A DNA stretch of 20,612 bases from Promethearchaeota archaeon (GCA_019057865.1 JAHLWP010000053.1:1-20612), one strand, 5' to 3'; positions 7,890 to 18,453 are shown, numbered from the stretch's first letter. The notes: generated by a model not told the origin, from the letters alone. A program made the numbers and translations.

Positions 7890-8034
7890 GAGGTGTATCG
7901 GCTCTGCGAAAAATATGAAAAGGTGAAGTTTTTCTATGTCGACAGAAATAATCCCTATATAGCCTAATGCGATACATTATGTAATGAGCGATTGGATGTT
8001 GAAGGTATTAAAACTTGAAAAAAATTATTAAAAG

Positions 8035-8358
8035 CTATTGATATTTTTCAGGAGTATTATTTGGTTTAGATATATTAAAATTAAGTCTCTCCAAATCATA
8101 AACATTTAGTCTTTTTTTTAGCTTTTTAACACTTTTTAATACTATTTGAGCTGATTTTTCAATGCTTTTAAAATTATTTACAAATTCATCAACATTTAAA
8201 TTACCGACATTATCTTTTAAATTATTCATATGTGAAAAAACAGATTCTCTTATAAATTCAGTTAAAGTATTGTTTCTGAATTCTGCAAAATTCTCAATAA
8301 TTTTCCTCTCTTTTTTCGTAAAGCGAACACCAATTACTTGATCTCGTTTTTCGGTCAT
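8035..8358 (-). CDS. Ribbon-helix-helix DNA-binding protein (MobC/DUF1778/CopG-like)
   Basis: N-terminal KRDQVIGVRFTKKERKIIENFAEFRNNTLTEFIRESV fits the RHH strand-helix-helix pattern; the C-terminus is helical. Confidence 0.75.
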   Translation of the reverse strand: MTEKRDQVIGVRFTKKERKIIENFAEFRNNTLTEFIRESVFSHMNNLKDNVGNLNVDEFVNNFKSIEKSAQIVLKSVKKLKKRLNVYDLERLNFNISKPNNTPEKYQ

Positions 8359-8560
8359 ATTTTAAGAAGAAATTAATAGAATTGAATAAACATTATTATC
8401 TTAGAGTATGATATTAATATTTCTTATTAATCATTTAATAAACTCCTTATGAACAGATTAATATAATATTTGTTTAATAAATTCTTTTATAAATTTAGCC
8501 ATCTAATTTTATTCTGATAAACTGTTTAACAAACCATAATAAAATGTTGAACAAAGAAAA

Positions 8561-9193
8561 ATGATGGGCTTAAAAGAAGATAATGAGGATTCAAGCAGGC
8601 AATTTATAACCATTAGAAATACTAATTGTAAAGAAGATTCAACTATTAGTAAAGTTGCTGTTATAGATCTTGAAACTACAGGTTTGGATCCAATAAATGA
8701 TTTAATTATTGAAATTGGAATTGTCGAATTAAATTTGAAAACATGTGAAACTAAAACCCTTTTTAATTCATTCATTAAAGAACCAACATTTGGAGAAAAA
8801 CATAGAGATTCATGGATTTTTAACAACTCAGATATAAATTTTGAAGATATACAAAATGCTCCACCGTTTGAAGAATTTAAAGAAATATTAAATAATATTT
8901 TTGATAATTATTCTACTACAGCTTATAATAAGTCATTTGATCTAGGTTTTTTAAAAGCACGAGGGATTAAAATCCAAAAAGAATTACCCTGTATAATGCG
9001 AACAGCAACAAATATATGTAAAATTCCATTTCCTAACGGAGGGAGAGGATATAAATGGCCAAAATGCCAAGAAGCATTGGATTTTTTCTTTCCGAAAAGT
9101 GAATACATTGAAAAACATAGAGCTGCTGATGATGCAGCACATGAAGCTAAAATTCTTTTTGAATTGTATAAACGTGGATATTTTCAACTCTAA
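8561..9193 (+). CDS. DEDDh 3'-5' exonuclease (DnaQ/Pol III epsilon-like)
   Basis: ExoI VIDLETTGLD, ExoII AYNKSFD, ExoIII HRAADDA. Confidence 0.93.
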   Translation: MMGLKEDNEDSSRQFITIRNTNCKEDSTISKVAVIDLETTGLDPINDLIIEIGIVELNLKTCETKTLFNSFIKEPTFGEKHRDSWIFNNSDINFEDIQNAPPFEEFKEILNNIFDNYSTTAYNKSFDLGFLKARGIKIQKELPCIMRTATNICKIPFPNGGRGYKWPKCQEALDFFFPKSEYIEKHRAADDAAHEAKILFELYKRGYFQL

Positions 9194-9218
9194 AAGCTTA
9201 GATGGATGCAATTTGAAA

Positions 9219-9470
9219 TTATAAACCACAACGAGCTCTAATTTCATTTTCTGTATAAACACGTTGACAATTATAACAAAAATATTCTCTATTTTCGTTT
9301 AGAACAAAAATATTACCGCAATCTGGACATTGAATTATTGCAAAATGATTTTTTAATGAATATTCTTTCGAATTTAATTTTTCTTGATTAAAGTTTTTAT
9401 CGTTAGTATTCATATTTATTTCTCTGTTATTAATTAAAAATCTTAGTAATCGAAAAAAACTTCTTTTCAC
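9219..9470 (-). CDS. Small zinc-ribbon protein (probable start ATG 9413)
   Basis: CPDCG-x-CYNC four-cysteine motif; C-terminal RARCGL. Confidence 0.65.
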   Translation of the reverse strand: MKRSFFRLLRFLINNREINMNTNDKNFNQEKLNSKEYSLKNHFAIIQCPDCGNIFVLNENREYFCYNCQRVYTENEIRARCGL

Positions 9471-9519
9471 TTTAAATTTTGGATTGAAATACTAATAAAA
9501 TTTTATTCATTTTCTCTCA

Positions 9520-12500
9520 TCAAGGCGTTATCTGAGATTCTTCTCCATTATACCATAATAGGTCTTTTCTCTCATAAATTTTTTGAATACAGAAAAATGC
9601 AATCTGTTTAATACGATCTATTTCAGAGAGAAGAAATTCTGAGATATAATCGATAGATCCTTCACTTCCTATAAATGCTAATAAGTTAAGTGCCCTAAAT
9701 ACGACTTGCTCATCCTCTCGATAAGCTTCTATAATTGAAATGATCTTGGATTCATCAATTCCAATTGGACGTGGTATAAGACCATTCAAAATACGCTCAT
9801 ATATGTAGGGATTACCATTCCTAGCTATTTCCTCAGCTATTTCGAGAATTTTTTTCACAAACGACTCATCATCAATAATTCCTGTTATGTTCAATAATAT
9901 ATACATTTGAGAAGAAAAATTTTCTGTATCTTCTTTTAATTTATCGATTATAAAATAAACTTTTTGTAAGGTATAATCTTTTGGCATTTTATTCAAAAAT
10001 TTGAGAAAATATAAGTTAAACTTACCAATGTTTGGTTCAGAAGCTAAATATTCATCAAGTAAAGCCTTTGCCTCCTCCATCAATCCAATTTGAACTAATT
10101 TTTCGATTAGGTTTAATAATAAAATTGGATTAAAAAAATCATCTGGCGATTTCAAACATTTTTCTTTTATATAAGATAATTTGGATATCATTTGGTCTTG
10201 GAGTTCATCAGATTTGATAGATAACTCAAAAAGTCTGACGAAATGATGAATTCCATAGAAAAATGCTATATTTAATAAATCTATTGTAAAGTATTTCCCA
10301 TAAATCTCAATAATCGCCTTTTGAATATACGGATTTGGATAGGAATGAAGATCCTTAACATATTTATATAACTTTTCTAAATCTAAATTAATGAGGTTGC
10401 TAGTGTCGCTTCCAAAAATATTTAAAATAATACCATAGACATTATCGTAGTTTCTTTTTTCCACATCAAGTTCAACTGAACTTGATTCTTCAGTTAATGC
10501 TCTAAGTTTTTTTACTTTTTCAAGAAGGGAAAAAATCAAGATAGCATCAATTTCGATTTTGGATTGAATTAAGATATTTGACAACAATATTTTGGTCATT
10601 ATTGGAGTTTCTGGGTCTCCGATTAATCTAATAAATTTCATGAGATCTTCTTCTTCCATTATTTCAGAAATAATTTCCTCAAGGTCTAATTCTAATAAAA
10701 TGTCATTTTTATCTTGATATAGTTTTATTAATCGGCTAATGAGAGAATTGTCATTATACTGGATAATTAACTTATTAATTGATTTCCGAATAGTGAAAAT
10801 TATCATGCTTTTAAATTTTGGATCTATTTCCTCTTTAACTTTCGGATTTTCAAATATCCTAAATATTCTTTCAAAGGATTCTTTTGTTAAACAATCTCTT
10901 TTAAGAATTTTTGAAAGAGCCATAATAATAGAATTAAGGAAAGAATCTCCTTGCCATTCGCTCTCTAACAAATTTATTAAAAAATTTTGAGTTTCTTGAT
11001 CATCAAAATTGGAAAGAGACAGAACTATAGCATCTTTATAAGAACCCATAAATCGATATGGGTGTGAAATAATATCAGTTTTTTCAAATTGTAATAGAAA
11101 CTCTTTTGCAGTTTCTGTTTTACATTCTCCTATTCTTAGTATTACCCATTCAACGACTTCTTGATTTTTGACTTCATTGATGATTTCCACTAAAAATTCT
11201 TCAGAATTTGGTAAAAAACTAATAAATTTCTCACATAAATTCAGTGATATTTGTCTAATATCAAAATAACCAGATTTTAATTTACTTAAAATATATTTTC
11301 TTATAAAGTTGATTTCTTCTTCCTGTAAAATGGGGCTCAATAAAATTGATTCTATATATAAAAATAAGTTATTATTTTTAACAAATTTTTGGAATTCTTT
11401 ATTCTCAACTTTCAAAAAACCCTGTATCAACAAGTCTTTAGAGTGATAAGATTTTAAAAGTTTATCATATGATATTTCCAAGTCGTTAGCATTGATTTTG
11501 TTAATTAATTGATAGGTAGCAAAATATTCCATCATTAAATAATGCCAAAACTCATACTCTGTATTGTATTTTACAAGAAAATTAAAACTTATTAAAAATT
11601 CTGTTATTGTTTGGATTGTAATTTCATCAGTTATTTCTAAAGGTTTTTCATAGGTATTTAAGAATTCTTTAACGAGATCAACATAATCTCTTTCTGAAAT
11701 TACTCTTTTGTTTTTTACAACAAATAAATTATAAGCTAGATTAGAAAGAATTGCTTTAATTAAATTAAAACCTATTTTAGAGACAAACTTTACATCAATA
11801 TGAGCTTTAAAATAATAATTCAAGAGATCTTCTAATATTGTATATCTAAATTCAGGCATTTTTCCTAGTTTGTCTATATACACTAATGTAAAATTAAGAA
11901 ATAGAGGACTTTGAATCAAATCAATCAAATTTAATTTTTCAATCAAATTACGAAACTCTATAAAATTTAGTTTTTTTAGATTTGAGTTAATATAATCTTC
12001 AATTTCGTCTAAGTGAGGTGGTTCCATGAGAATTTGAATATGTGTGTTTTCCAATTTCTGTAGATCAATTCCAGGTTTAGATATAATTACAAAACAATTA
12101 TTAGAATATAATTTCTCTATTTCTAATAAATGTCTAAAAAAGCTATTTTTGAACTCATGTTGAATCTCATCTAGCCCATCAAAAAATAAGAGAAATTGTC
12201 CATCATTTAACGAATAAGTTATTTCTCTTTCACTTAAATCCTCAAGATTAATTACTTTTTTAATCGAATTTTTAATAGTACTGGTCGAACCCCAAAATCG
12301 TAGTTCAACTTTTATTGGAATGATATGAGTTTTTTGATTGAGAGTTTCTCGAGAAAAAAGAGAAATTAAATAATTAATAAATTCACTTTTACCAATCCCT
12401 GAACCTCCCTTGAGAAAATATTTATCCCCATTCTTAAATCTTGATAATAATTCCTTAAATACTATTTTATTTTTATCAATTTTAAAATGAAAAAGTTCAT

Positions 12501-13128
12501 ATTCTGTCAAGCGAACTAAATTTTCTCCTAATACAGTTATGTTTCTACTCAAATGAGATTGTTTTTTTAAATATTCTAAATAATCAGTCAAGGGTAGGCT
12601 TACGGAGAATTCTCTTTGATCTGTTTTTATGATTTCGGCAATCCTGTAAGATACAGTTTTTCTTTGATTTTTCTCATGTAAAATTTTCTTGATATCATCA
12701 AATTTTTCATCAATTTCTTCTAAATTATGACAATCAATTATTATTTCTGCAAAATTATAGATTCTAAACTGAATACCGTTAGTAACCATAATTATATTTA
12801 CTTCATAAGCAGCACAGTAGGCTATTAATTGATTCTTATAATTGGAGACATCTTCTTCTGGATGTTTTGCATCGATAATAAAAAAAATTTTTCCTCGATC
12901 ATCAATTACCAAATAATCTGGTTTTCCCTCTGCTTTCAAATGCTCAATTGATAATTCCTTATCCCGATTAATCGGAAATTTTTTTATCACTTTATATAAT
13001 TCTTGAGGCATGATGTTATTTGGTTTATATCCCAAGAATTCGGTTAAGAAAGGCAAAATGAATTTTTGTTCAACAGAACTCTCATTGGTGTAATGAATTG
13101 TAGAAAATTTATTATAAACTCTTCCCAT
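9520..13128 (-). CDS. PD-(D/E)xK nuclease (HsdR-N-like) - NACHT/STAND NTPase - HEAT/ARM-like repeat protein
   Basis: N-terminus NESSVEQKFILPFL...PDYL...IIDAK...QLIAY...VTNG (HSDR_N-type nuclease). Walker A GGSGIGKS, Walker B LLFFDGLDE, SPLFL (STAND GxP-equivalent), winged-helix YEFWHYLMMEYF. About 600-aa alpha-helical repeat C-terminus. Confidence 0.85.
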   Translation of the reverse strand: MGRVYNKFSTIHYTNESSVEQKFILPFLTEFLGYKPNNIMPQELYKVIKKFPINRDKELSIEHLKAEGKPDYLVIDDRGKIFFIIDAKHPEEDVSNYKNQLIAYCAAYEVNIIMVTNGIQFRIYNFAEIIIDCHNLEEIDEKFDDIKKILHEKNQRKTVSYRIAEIIKTDQREFSVSLPLTDYLEYLKKQSHLSRNITVLGENLVRLTEYELFHFKIDKNKIVFKELLSRFKNGDKYFLKGGSGIGKSEFINYLISLFSRETLNQKTHIIPIKVELRFWGSTSTIKNSIKKVINLEDLSEREITYSLNDGQFLLFFDGLDEIQHEFKNSFFRHLLEIEKLYSNNCFVIISKPGIDLQKLENTHIQILMEPPHLDEIEDYINSNLKKLNFIEFRNLIEKLNLIDLIQSPLFLNFTLVYIDKLGKMPEFRYTILEDLLNYYFKAHIDVKFVSKIGFNLIKAILSNLAYNLFVVKNKRVISERDYVDLVKEFLNTYEKPLEITDEITIQTITEFLISFNFLVKYNTEYEFWHYLMMEYFATYQLINKINANDLEISYDKLLKSYHSKDLLIQGFLKVENKEFQKFVKNNNLFLYIESILLSPILQEEEINFIRKYILSKLKSGYFDIRQISLNLCEKFISFLPNSEEFLVEIINEVKNQEVVEWVILRIGECKTETAKEFLLQFEKTDIISHPYRFMGSYKDAIVLSLSNFDDQETQNFLINLLESEWQGDSFLNSIIMALSKILKRDCLTKESFERIFRIFENPKVKEEIDPKFKSMIIFTIRKSINKLIIQYNDNSLISRLIKLYQDKNDILLELDLEEIISEIMEEEDLMKFIRLIGDPETPIMTKILLSNILIQSKIEIDAILIFSLLEKVKKLRALTEESSSVELDVEKRNYDNVYGIILNIFGSDTSNLINLDLEKLYKYVKDLHSYPNPYIQKAIIEIYGKYFTIDLLNIAFFYGIHHFVRLFELSIKSDELQDQMISKLSYIKEKCLKSPDDFFNPILLLNLIEKLVQIGLMEEAKALLDEYLASEPNIGKFNLYFLKFLNKMPKDYTLQKVYFIIDKLKEDTENFSSQMYILLNITGIIDDESFVKKILEIAEEIARNGNPYIYERILNGLIPRPIGIDESKIISIIEAYREDEQVVFRALNLLAFIGSEGSIDYISEFLLSEIDRIKQIAFFCIQKIYERKDLLWYNGEESQITP

Positions 13129-13558
13129 CTCAATTGTATAAAATGCTATATTTTAAATTTATAATAATTCATTGATTTTCTTTATTATAATGGTATTCTT
13201 TCTTTATATTCTTTCGTGAAATAACCGCTATAATTTAAAAAAACTTATTCTTTACTTAATCAATAATATTTGAAAGTTATTGCCAAAAGTAATCCAATTG
13301 ACTACTACCTAAATTATTCTTAAATAAAACTCCGCTGTATTACTTTATATTATTTATTAATTTTTTGGTGTATACCCTATATTTTTTGCTATAAAATTCA
13401 TCGGTATACTTAGGATATTTTTTTTCAATATAGTAATTTGAATCATTAGGTAATAATCCCTTAATTCCTCGTTCCCATAATATAATTCCGATATTGTATT
13501 TTTTAGTTTATTACGATAACTATTTTCTCTATTTTTTAATCGAAAAGAATACAATTTT

Positions 13559-13660
13559 TTAGGAGGGGGCAACACGGGGGAGAGAGATAATAATTATTGT
13601 AGAGAAAAGGAAAAATGATATATTTCTATAGCATTTATTATAGATTAAGACAAAAAGTAA
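13559..13660 (+). repeat. Diverged ~100-bp upstream element, copy B
   Basis: See copy A (5802-5902); ends 16 nt before ATG 13677. Confidence 0.7.
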
Positions 13661-13676
13661 TATAGGAGATTATTTT

Positions 13677-14042
13677 ATGCCTGAAAATATCAAAGATCAA
13701 ATCCTTCTGAATAATGTGAAAAAGTTTATTAAGTATTACCTTGAGTATTTACAGAAAGAGGGTTTTACACAGTTTCAAGAAAAGCCTACTGTAGAAGTCT
13801 TCCCTAAGAGAAAAAATCTTGTTGGGCTTGCATTAATAGATGAGAAAAATAGAGATTTAAATTGTTTTTTTATTGATAATCCCCACCAAGCAGATGACTA
13901 TAGTTTCTGGGGGACTATAGTCTCTGGGGCAGCTTTAGTTTCTGGGGGACATTATAGCGGACCAAGGGTTTGGAAGAATAAAAATAATCCAGATATCACA
14001 TTAGGTGAATATTTAGAACTTGAGCAAAATGACTCCCAGTAA
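13677..14042 (+). CDS. Hypothetical protein (121 aa)
   Basis: ATG start with upstream AGGAG; no family recognised. Confidence 0.7.
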   Translation: MPENIKDQILLNNVKKFIKYYLEYLQKEGFTQFQEKPTVEVFPKRKNLVGLALIDEKNRDLNCFFIDNPHQADDYSFWGTIVSGAALVSGGHYSGPRVWKNKNNPDITLGEYLELEQNDSQ

Positions 14043-14206
14043 ATAGATATATTCTTTTTTTATCTAAGAATATTAATTTACTAAGAAAATTCAATAAAAA
14101 CATAATAAAAATTTAAATTAAGTTGCTTTTATATTTTAACTAAAGAATGAAAACTTCAGTTAGAATAAAACTAATTTTTTAATTATTCCTTCTTAAATCG
14201 GGAATT

Positions 14207-16960
14207 ATGAGACCTGAAGAAAGCGCGCGGAAAAAAATTGATCATTTATTAGAACAAGCGGGTTGGGTTGTTCAGGATTATAATCAAATTAATTTAGGAG
14301 CTTCTTTAGGAATCGCTGTAAGAGAATTCCCACTGGAGACTGGATTTGCTGATTATTTACTTTTTATTGACCGAAAGCTTGCGGGTGCTGTTGAAGCAAA
14401 ACCAGAAGGAACTACATTAAGTGGTGTGGAAATACAAACTGATAAATATCTGCATGGAGTTCCCGAAAATTATGCTAAAATTGGAGTACCACTCCCTTTT
14501 GGTTATGAAAGTACGGGAACTGAGACTTTTTTCAGAGATATGAGGGACCCAGATCATCGAAGTAGAAGGTTATTTTCATTTCACACCCCTGAAACTTTAT
14601 ATAAATGGGCTAAAAAATATGAAACTTTAAGAGCTAGACTTAGAGAATTGCCCACTCTTATTGAAGAAAGATTATGGGATCCTCAGATTAAAGCTATAAA
14701 GAATCTTGAAAAATCTCTAGCTCAAAATGAACCAAAATCATTAATCCAAATGGCAACCGGAAGTGGAAAAACTTTTACATCAGTGAGTTTTGTATATAGA
14801 CTAATTAAGTTTGCTAATGCGAAACGAGTTCTATTTCTTGTAGATAGGAATAATTTAGCAAGACAAACAAAAAGAGAATTCGAACAGTATAATACACCTG
14901 ATGATGGAAGAAAATTTACAGAACTTTACAATATCCAGCATCTAACCTCAAACGTGTTTGATCCCGTAAGTCGAGTCTGTATTACTACAATTCAACGACT
15001 TTATTCCATGTTAAAAAATGAACCTGAGATTGATGAAGAGCTTGAAGAAAAGTCTTTGTATGAAATAGCTCCTAAGGATGATAAGCCTAAAGAAATAAGC
15101 TATAATCCTAATATACCTATTGAAACATTTGATTTTATAATTACTGATGAGTGTCATCGTTCGATATATAACTTATGGCGTCAAGTTCTGGAATATTTTG
15201 ATGCTTTTATTATTGGATTAACCGCCACCCCCTCAAAACAGACTCTTGGATTCTTTAATCAAAATTTAGTAATGGAATATAGCCATGAAAGAGCTATAGC
15301 AGATGGAATTAATGTGGGTTATGACGTGTTCAGAATACAAACGGAAATCACAGAAAAAGGTAGTAGAATCGAAGCAGGATATTACATTGATAAAAGAGAC
15401 AAATTAACACGAAGCGTTAGATGGGAACAATTAGATGATGACTATGAATATGAAGCAAAACAATTAGATAGAGATGTTGTGGCAGTTGACCAAATAAGGA
15501 CAGTCATAAGAACATTTAAAGATAATTTGTTTACGCAAATTTTTCCGGGAAGAAATACTGTTCCTAAAACCATTATTTTTGCAAAAGATGATTCACATGC
15601 AGAAGACATTGTAAGAATTACACGAGAAATCTTTGGAAAAGGAAATAAATTTTGCGAAAAAATTACTTATAAAACCACTGGTGAAAAACCTGAAAATTTA
15701 ATTGCATTATTCCGAAACTCTTATAACCCTCGAATTGTTGTAACTGTAGATATGATTTCTACTGGTACAGATATTAAACCCGTAGAATGCCTTTTATTTA
15801 TGAGAAATGTTAAATCAAGAGTATATTTCGAACAAATGAAAGGTAGAGGAACTCGGGTTATATCCTCTACCGATTTACAAGCTGTTACTCCTAACGTAAA
15901 AAATAAAACCCATTTTGTAATTGTAGATGCTGTTGGAGTGTGTGAAAGCGATAAAACTGACTCAAGACCTCTCGAACGAAAACCAAGTGTTCCTTTTGAT
16001 AAATTACTACAACAAGTAGCTGTTGGTGTACGAGACGAAGATACAATTTTGACTCTTTCAAATCGTCTCGCAAGGCTAGATCGCACACTAGAATCAAATG
16101 ACCGAGAAAAAATTGAGGAAATTTCAGGAGGAATTACATTACAGGAAATGACTAATAATATATTTGATGCTCTCGATCCTGATATCATAAATGAAAGGGC
16201 AAAGGAAAAATTTCAAACTGAAACTCCTTCAGAAGAACAAAAAGAAGAAGTTTCGAATGAATTGAAAGAATCCGCATGTAAACCTTTTGATAATCCTAAT
16301 TTAAGAAATTTCTTAATTGAAATAAAGAAGAAAAATGAACAAGTGCTGGATAAAATAAGTAAAGATAAAACAATTTTTGCTAGCTGGGATCCTCAAGCTA
16401 AAGAGAAAGCTCAAACTCTTATAGATACATTTAAAAAATTTATTGAAGAGAATAAGGATGAAATTACTGCTCTACAAATTATTTTTAATCAGCCCTATGG
16501 AAAAAGACATCTTACTTACGAACAAATTAAGGAATTAAGTGAATCAATCGAAAAACCCCCTTACAATTTTACCACAGAACTTCTATGGCAAGCTTATGAA
16601 CAATTGGATAAATTAAAAGTAAGAAATGCTGGACCGCAAAAATTGTTAACAAATATAATATCAATCATTCGATTTACATTAGATGAAAGTGAAATTCTTG
16701 AACCTTATTATGAAACCATTAATAAGAATTTTAATGATTGGTTGAAAATTCAACAAAGTATGGAAAAAAGATTCACTTCTGAACAATTAGAATGGCTAAA
16801 TATGATAAAAGATCACATTACTAGTAGTCTAAAAATTGAAATGGATGATTTTGAATTAGCTCCTTTCTATGAAAGAGGCGGAAGATTTAAAGCCTATAGA
16901 TTGTTTGGGCAGGATTTAATAATAATTTTAGATGAACTCAATGAGGTCTTATCAACTTAA
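14207..16960 (+). CDS. hsdR: Type I restriction enzyme R subunit (EcoEI-like C-terminus)
   Basis: Nuclease motif ADYLLF...VEAK; helicase motifs MATGSGKT, DECHR, LTATP, TGTD, QMKGRGTR. Confidence 0.95.
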   Translation: MRPEESARKKIDHLLEQAGWVVQDYNQINLGASLGIAVREFPLETGFADYLLFIDRKLAGAVEAKPEGTTLSGVEIQTDKYLHGVPENYAKIGVPLPFGYESTGTETFFRDMRDPDHRSRRLFSFHTPETLYKWAKKYETLRARLRELPTLIEERLWDPQIKAIKNLEKSLAQNEPKSLIQMATGSGKTFTSVSFVYRLIKFANAKRVLFLVDRNNLARQTKREFEQYNTPDDGRKFTELYNIQHLTSNVFDPVSRVCITTIQRLYSMLKNEPEIDEELEEKSLYEIAPKDDKPKEISYNPNIPIETFDFIITDECHRSIYNLWRQVLEYFDAFIIGLTATPSKQTLGFFNQNLVMEYSHERAIADGINVGYDVFRIQTEITEKGSRIEAGYYIDKRDKLTRSVRWEQLDDDYEYEAKQLDRDVVAVDQIRTVIRTFKDNLFTQIFPGRNTVPKTIIFAKDDSHAEDIVRITREIFGKGNKFCEKITYKTTGEKPENLIALFRNSYNPRIVVTVDMISTGTDIKPVECLLFMRNVKSRVYFEQMKGRGTRVISSTDLQAVTPNVKNKTHFVIVDAVGVCESDKTDSRPLERKPSVPFDKLLQQVAVGVRDEDTILTLSNRLARLDRTLESNDREKIEEISGGITLQEMTNNIFDALDPDIINERAKEKFQTETPSEEQKEEVSNELKESACKPFDNPNLRNFLIEIKKKNEQVLDKISKDKTIFASWDPQAKEKAQTLIDTFKKFIEENKDEITALQIIFNQPYGKRHLTYEQIKELSESIEKPPYNFTTELLWQAYEQLDKLKVRNAGPQKLLTNIISIIRFTLDESEILEPYYETINKNFNDWLKIQQSMEKRFTSEQLEWLNMIKDHITSSLKIEMDDFELAPFYERGGRFKAYRLFGQDLIIILDELNEVLST

Positions 16961-18453
16961 TGATTGAAATTATCAATTCTAAATTACCGCATGGATGGAA
17001 TTTAGAAAGATTAAATAACACATTACAAAGATTTGAATCTGGGAAAAGACCAAAAGGTGGGGTTCAACATATTACAAGTGGTATACCAAGTATTGGAGCT
17101 GAGCATTTAACTTGGGATGGTGGTCTTGATTTTTCATCAATAAAATATGTACCAACTGATTTTTATGAGGATATGGTAAAAGGAATAATTCAGAAAGGAG
17201 ATGTGTTAATTGTTAAAGATGGTGCAACAATAGGAAAAGTTTCTATGGTTAGAAAAAATTTTCCTTATGAAAATGCTTGTATCAATGAGCATGTCTTTCT
17301 TCTTAGGGTAAATGAGAAATTAAATAATTATTTTCTTTTTTACTATTTATTTTCACATCTAGGACAAAACTTTATCAAAACTAATATAAAAGGAACCACT
17401 CATGGTGGTATTAATCTATCATTTTTCGAAAATGTTTTCATCCCATTTCCATCATTAGAAATACAAAATCAAATAGTAGAAAAGATTGAGGAATTGTTTA
17501 CAAAATTAGATTACGGTGTGAATTTATTTAAAACCATAAGAACTCAATTGAATCAATACAAACAATCTGTCTTAAAATCTGCTTTTGAGGGAAGTCTTAC
17601 AAAAAAATGGCGAGAGTTCAATAAGTATAAGTTAGAACATGCTTCGATACTTTTAGAAAAATTATCAAATGAAAAAATAGAAAATTCTCTTTCGAAATCT
17701 GAAAAAGATTATTTATCAAAACTTCCTGATGAATGGATATGGATCAAACTTAACAAAATTAGTGAAATTAATCCTACTTTACATATCAGTGACCTTGACG
17801 ATAACTGCGAATTTACTTATATCCCAATGAGATGTGTTGAAGAGGAAACTGGAAAGATTGACTTATCTGTGATAGAAAAGCTTTCTAAATTAAAGAAAGG
17901 TTATAAAAGATTTATTAATGGCGATATAATTTTTGCTCGAATTACACCGTGTATGGAAAATGGAAAAGTTGCAATCGCCTATAATTTAAAAGATGGAATA
18001 GGATTTGGTTCAACGGAATTTCATGTGATTAGGTTAAATGATGACCTACCAAGAAAATATTATTTCTATTATTTAATTCAAAAAAATATCAGAAAAGATG
18101 CTCAAAGGAATATGACTGGTACTGTTGGACATTTAAGGGTTCCAAGTAAATTTATGAAAGATATTTTTGTACCTTTTGCTCCTTTAATTGAACAAAAAAA
18201 AGTTATTGAAAAAATTGATCAGCATTTTATCTTTATCAATAAAGTAAAAGAAATCGTAAATCAAAACATTATAAAATCAAATAAATTACGTCAAAGTATT
18301 TTAAAATTCGCTTTTGAAGGAAAATTTATTTCTCAATTCCACCAAGATGACATTATACCAAACCTAAAAAATGAATTGGATAAGGAAATGACAAAAGAAA
18401 AAAAATTTAAAAAAGAATTAAAACAGAAAAATTTGAGTGAATATGTCAAATAA
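16960..18453 (+). CDS. hsdS: Type I R-M specificity subunit
   Basis: Two TRDs opened by LPHGW/LPDEW and closed by P-x-L-x-x-Q helices and LKSAFEG/LKFAFEG; TAATG coupling to hsdR. Confidence 0.95.
   Translation: MIEIINSKLPHGWNLERLNNTLQRFESGKRPKGGVQHITSGIPSIGAEHLTWDGGLDFSSIKYVPTDFYEDMVKGIIQKGDVLIVKDGATIGKVSMVRKNFPYENACINEHVFLLRVNEKLNNYFLFYYLFSHLGQNFIKTNIKGTTHGGINLSFFENVFIPFPSLEIQNQIVEKIEELFTKLDYGVNLFKTIRTQLNQYKQSVLKSAFEGSLTKKWREFNKYKLEHASILLEKLSNEKIENSLSKSEKDYLSKLPDEWIWIKLNKISEINPTLHISDLDDNCEFTYIPMRCVEEETGKIDLSVIEKLSKLKKGYKRFINGDIIFARITPCMENGKVAIAYNLKDGIGFGSTEFHVIRLNDDLPRKYYFYYLIQKNIRKDAQRNMTGTVGHLRVPSKFMKDIFVPFAPLIEQKKVIEKIDQHFIFINKVKEIVNQNIIKSNKLRQSILKFAFEGKFISQFHQDDIIPNLKNELDKEMTKEKKFKKELKQKNLSEYVK

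Noticed and set aside
13357-13575. 72-aa minus-strand ORF
   Set aside because: GTG start inside the repeated leader element, low complexity and no motif; the equivalent position in copy A hits a stop after four codons.
3046-16188. Shadow ORFs (3046-3276, 4929-5117, 6224-6409, 8509-8826, 8923-9108, 8984-9262, 10739-10990, 15721-16188, 15891-16097)
   Set aside because: All are antisense to well-supported genes and have no recognisable motifs.
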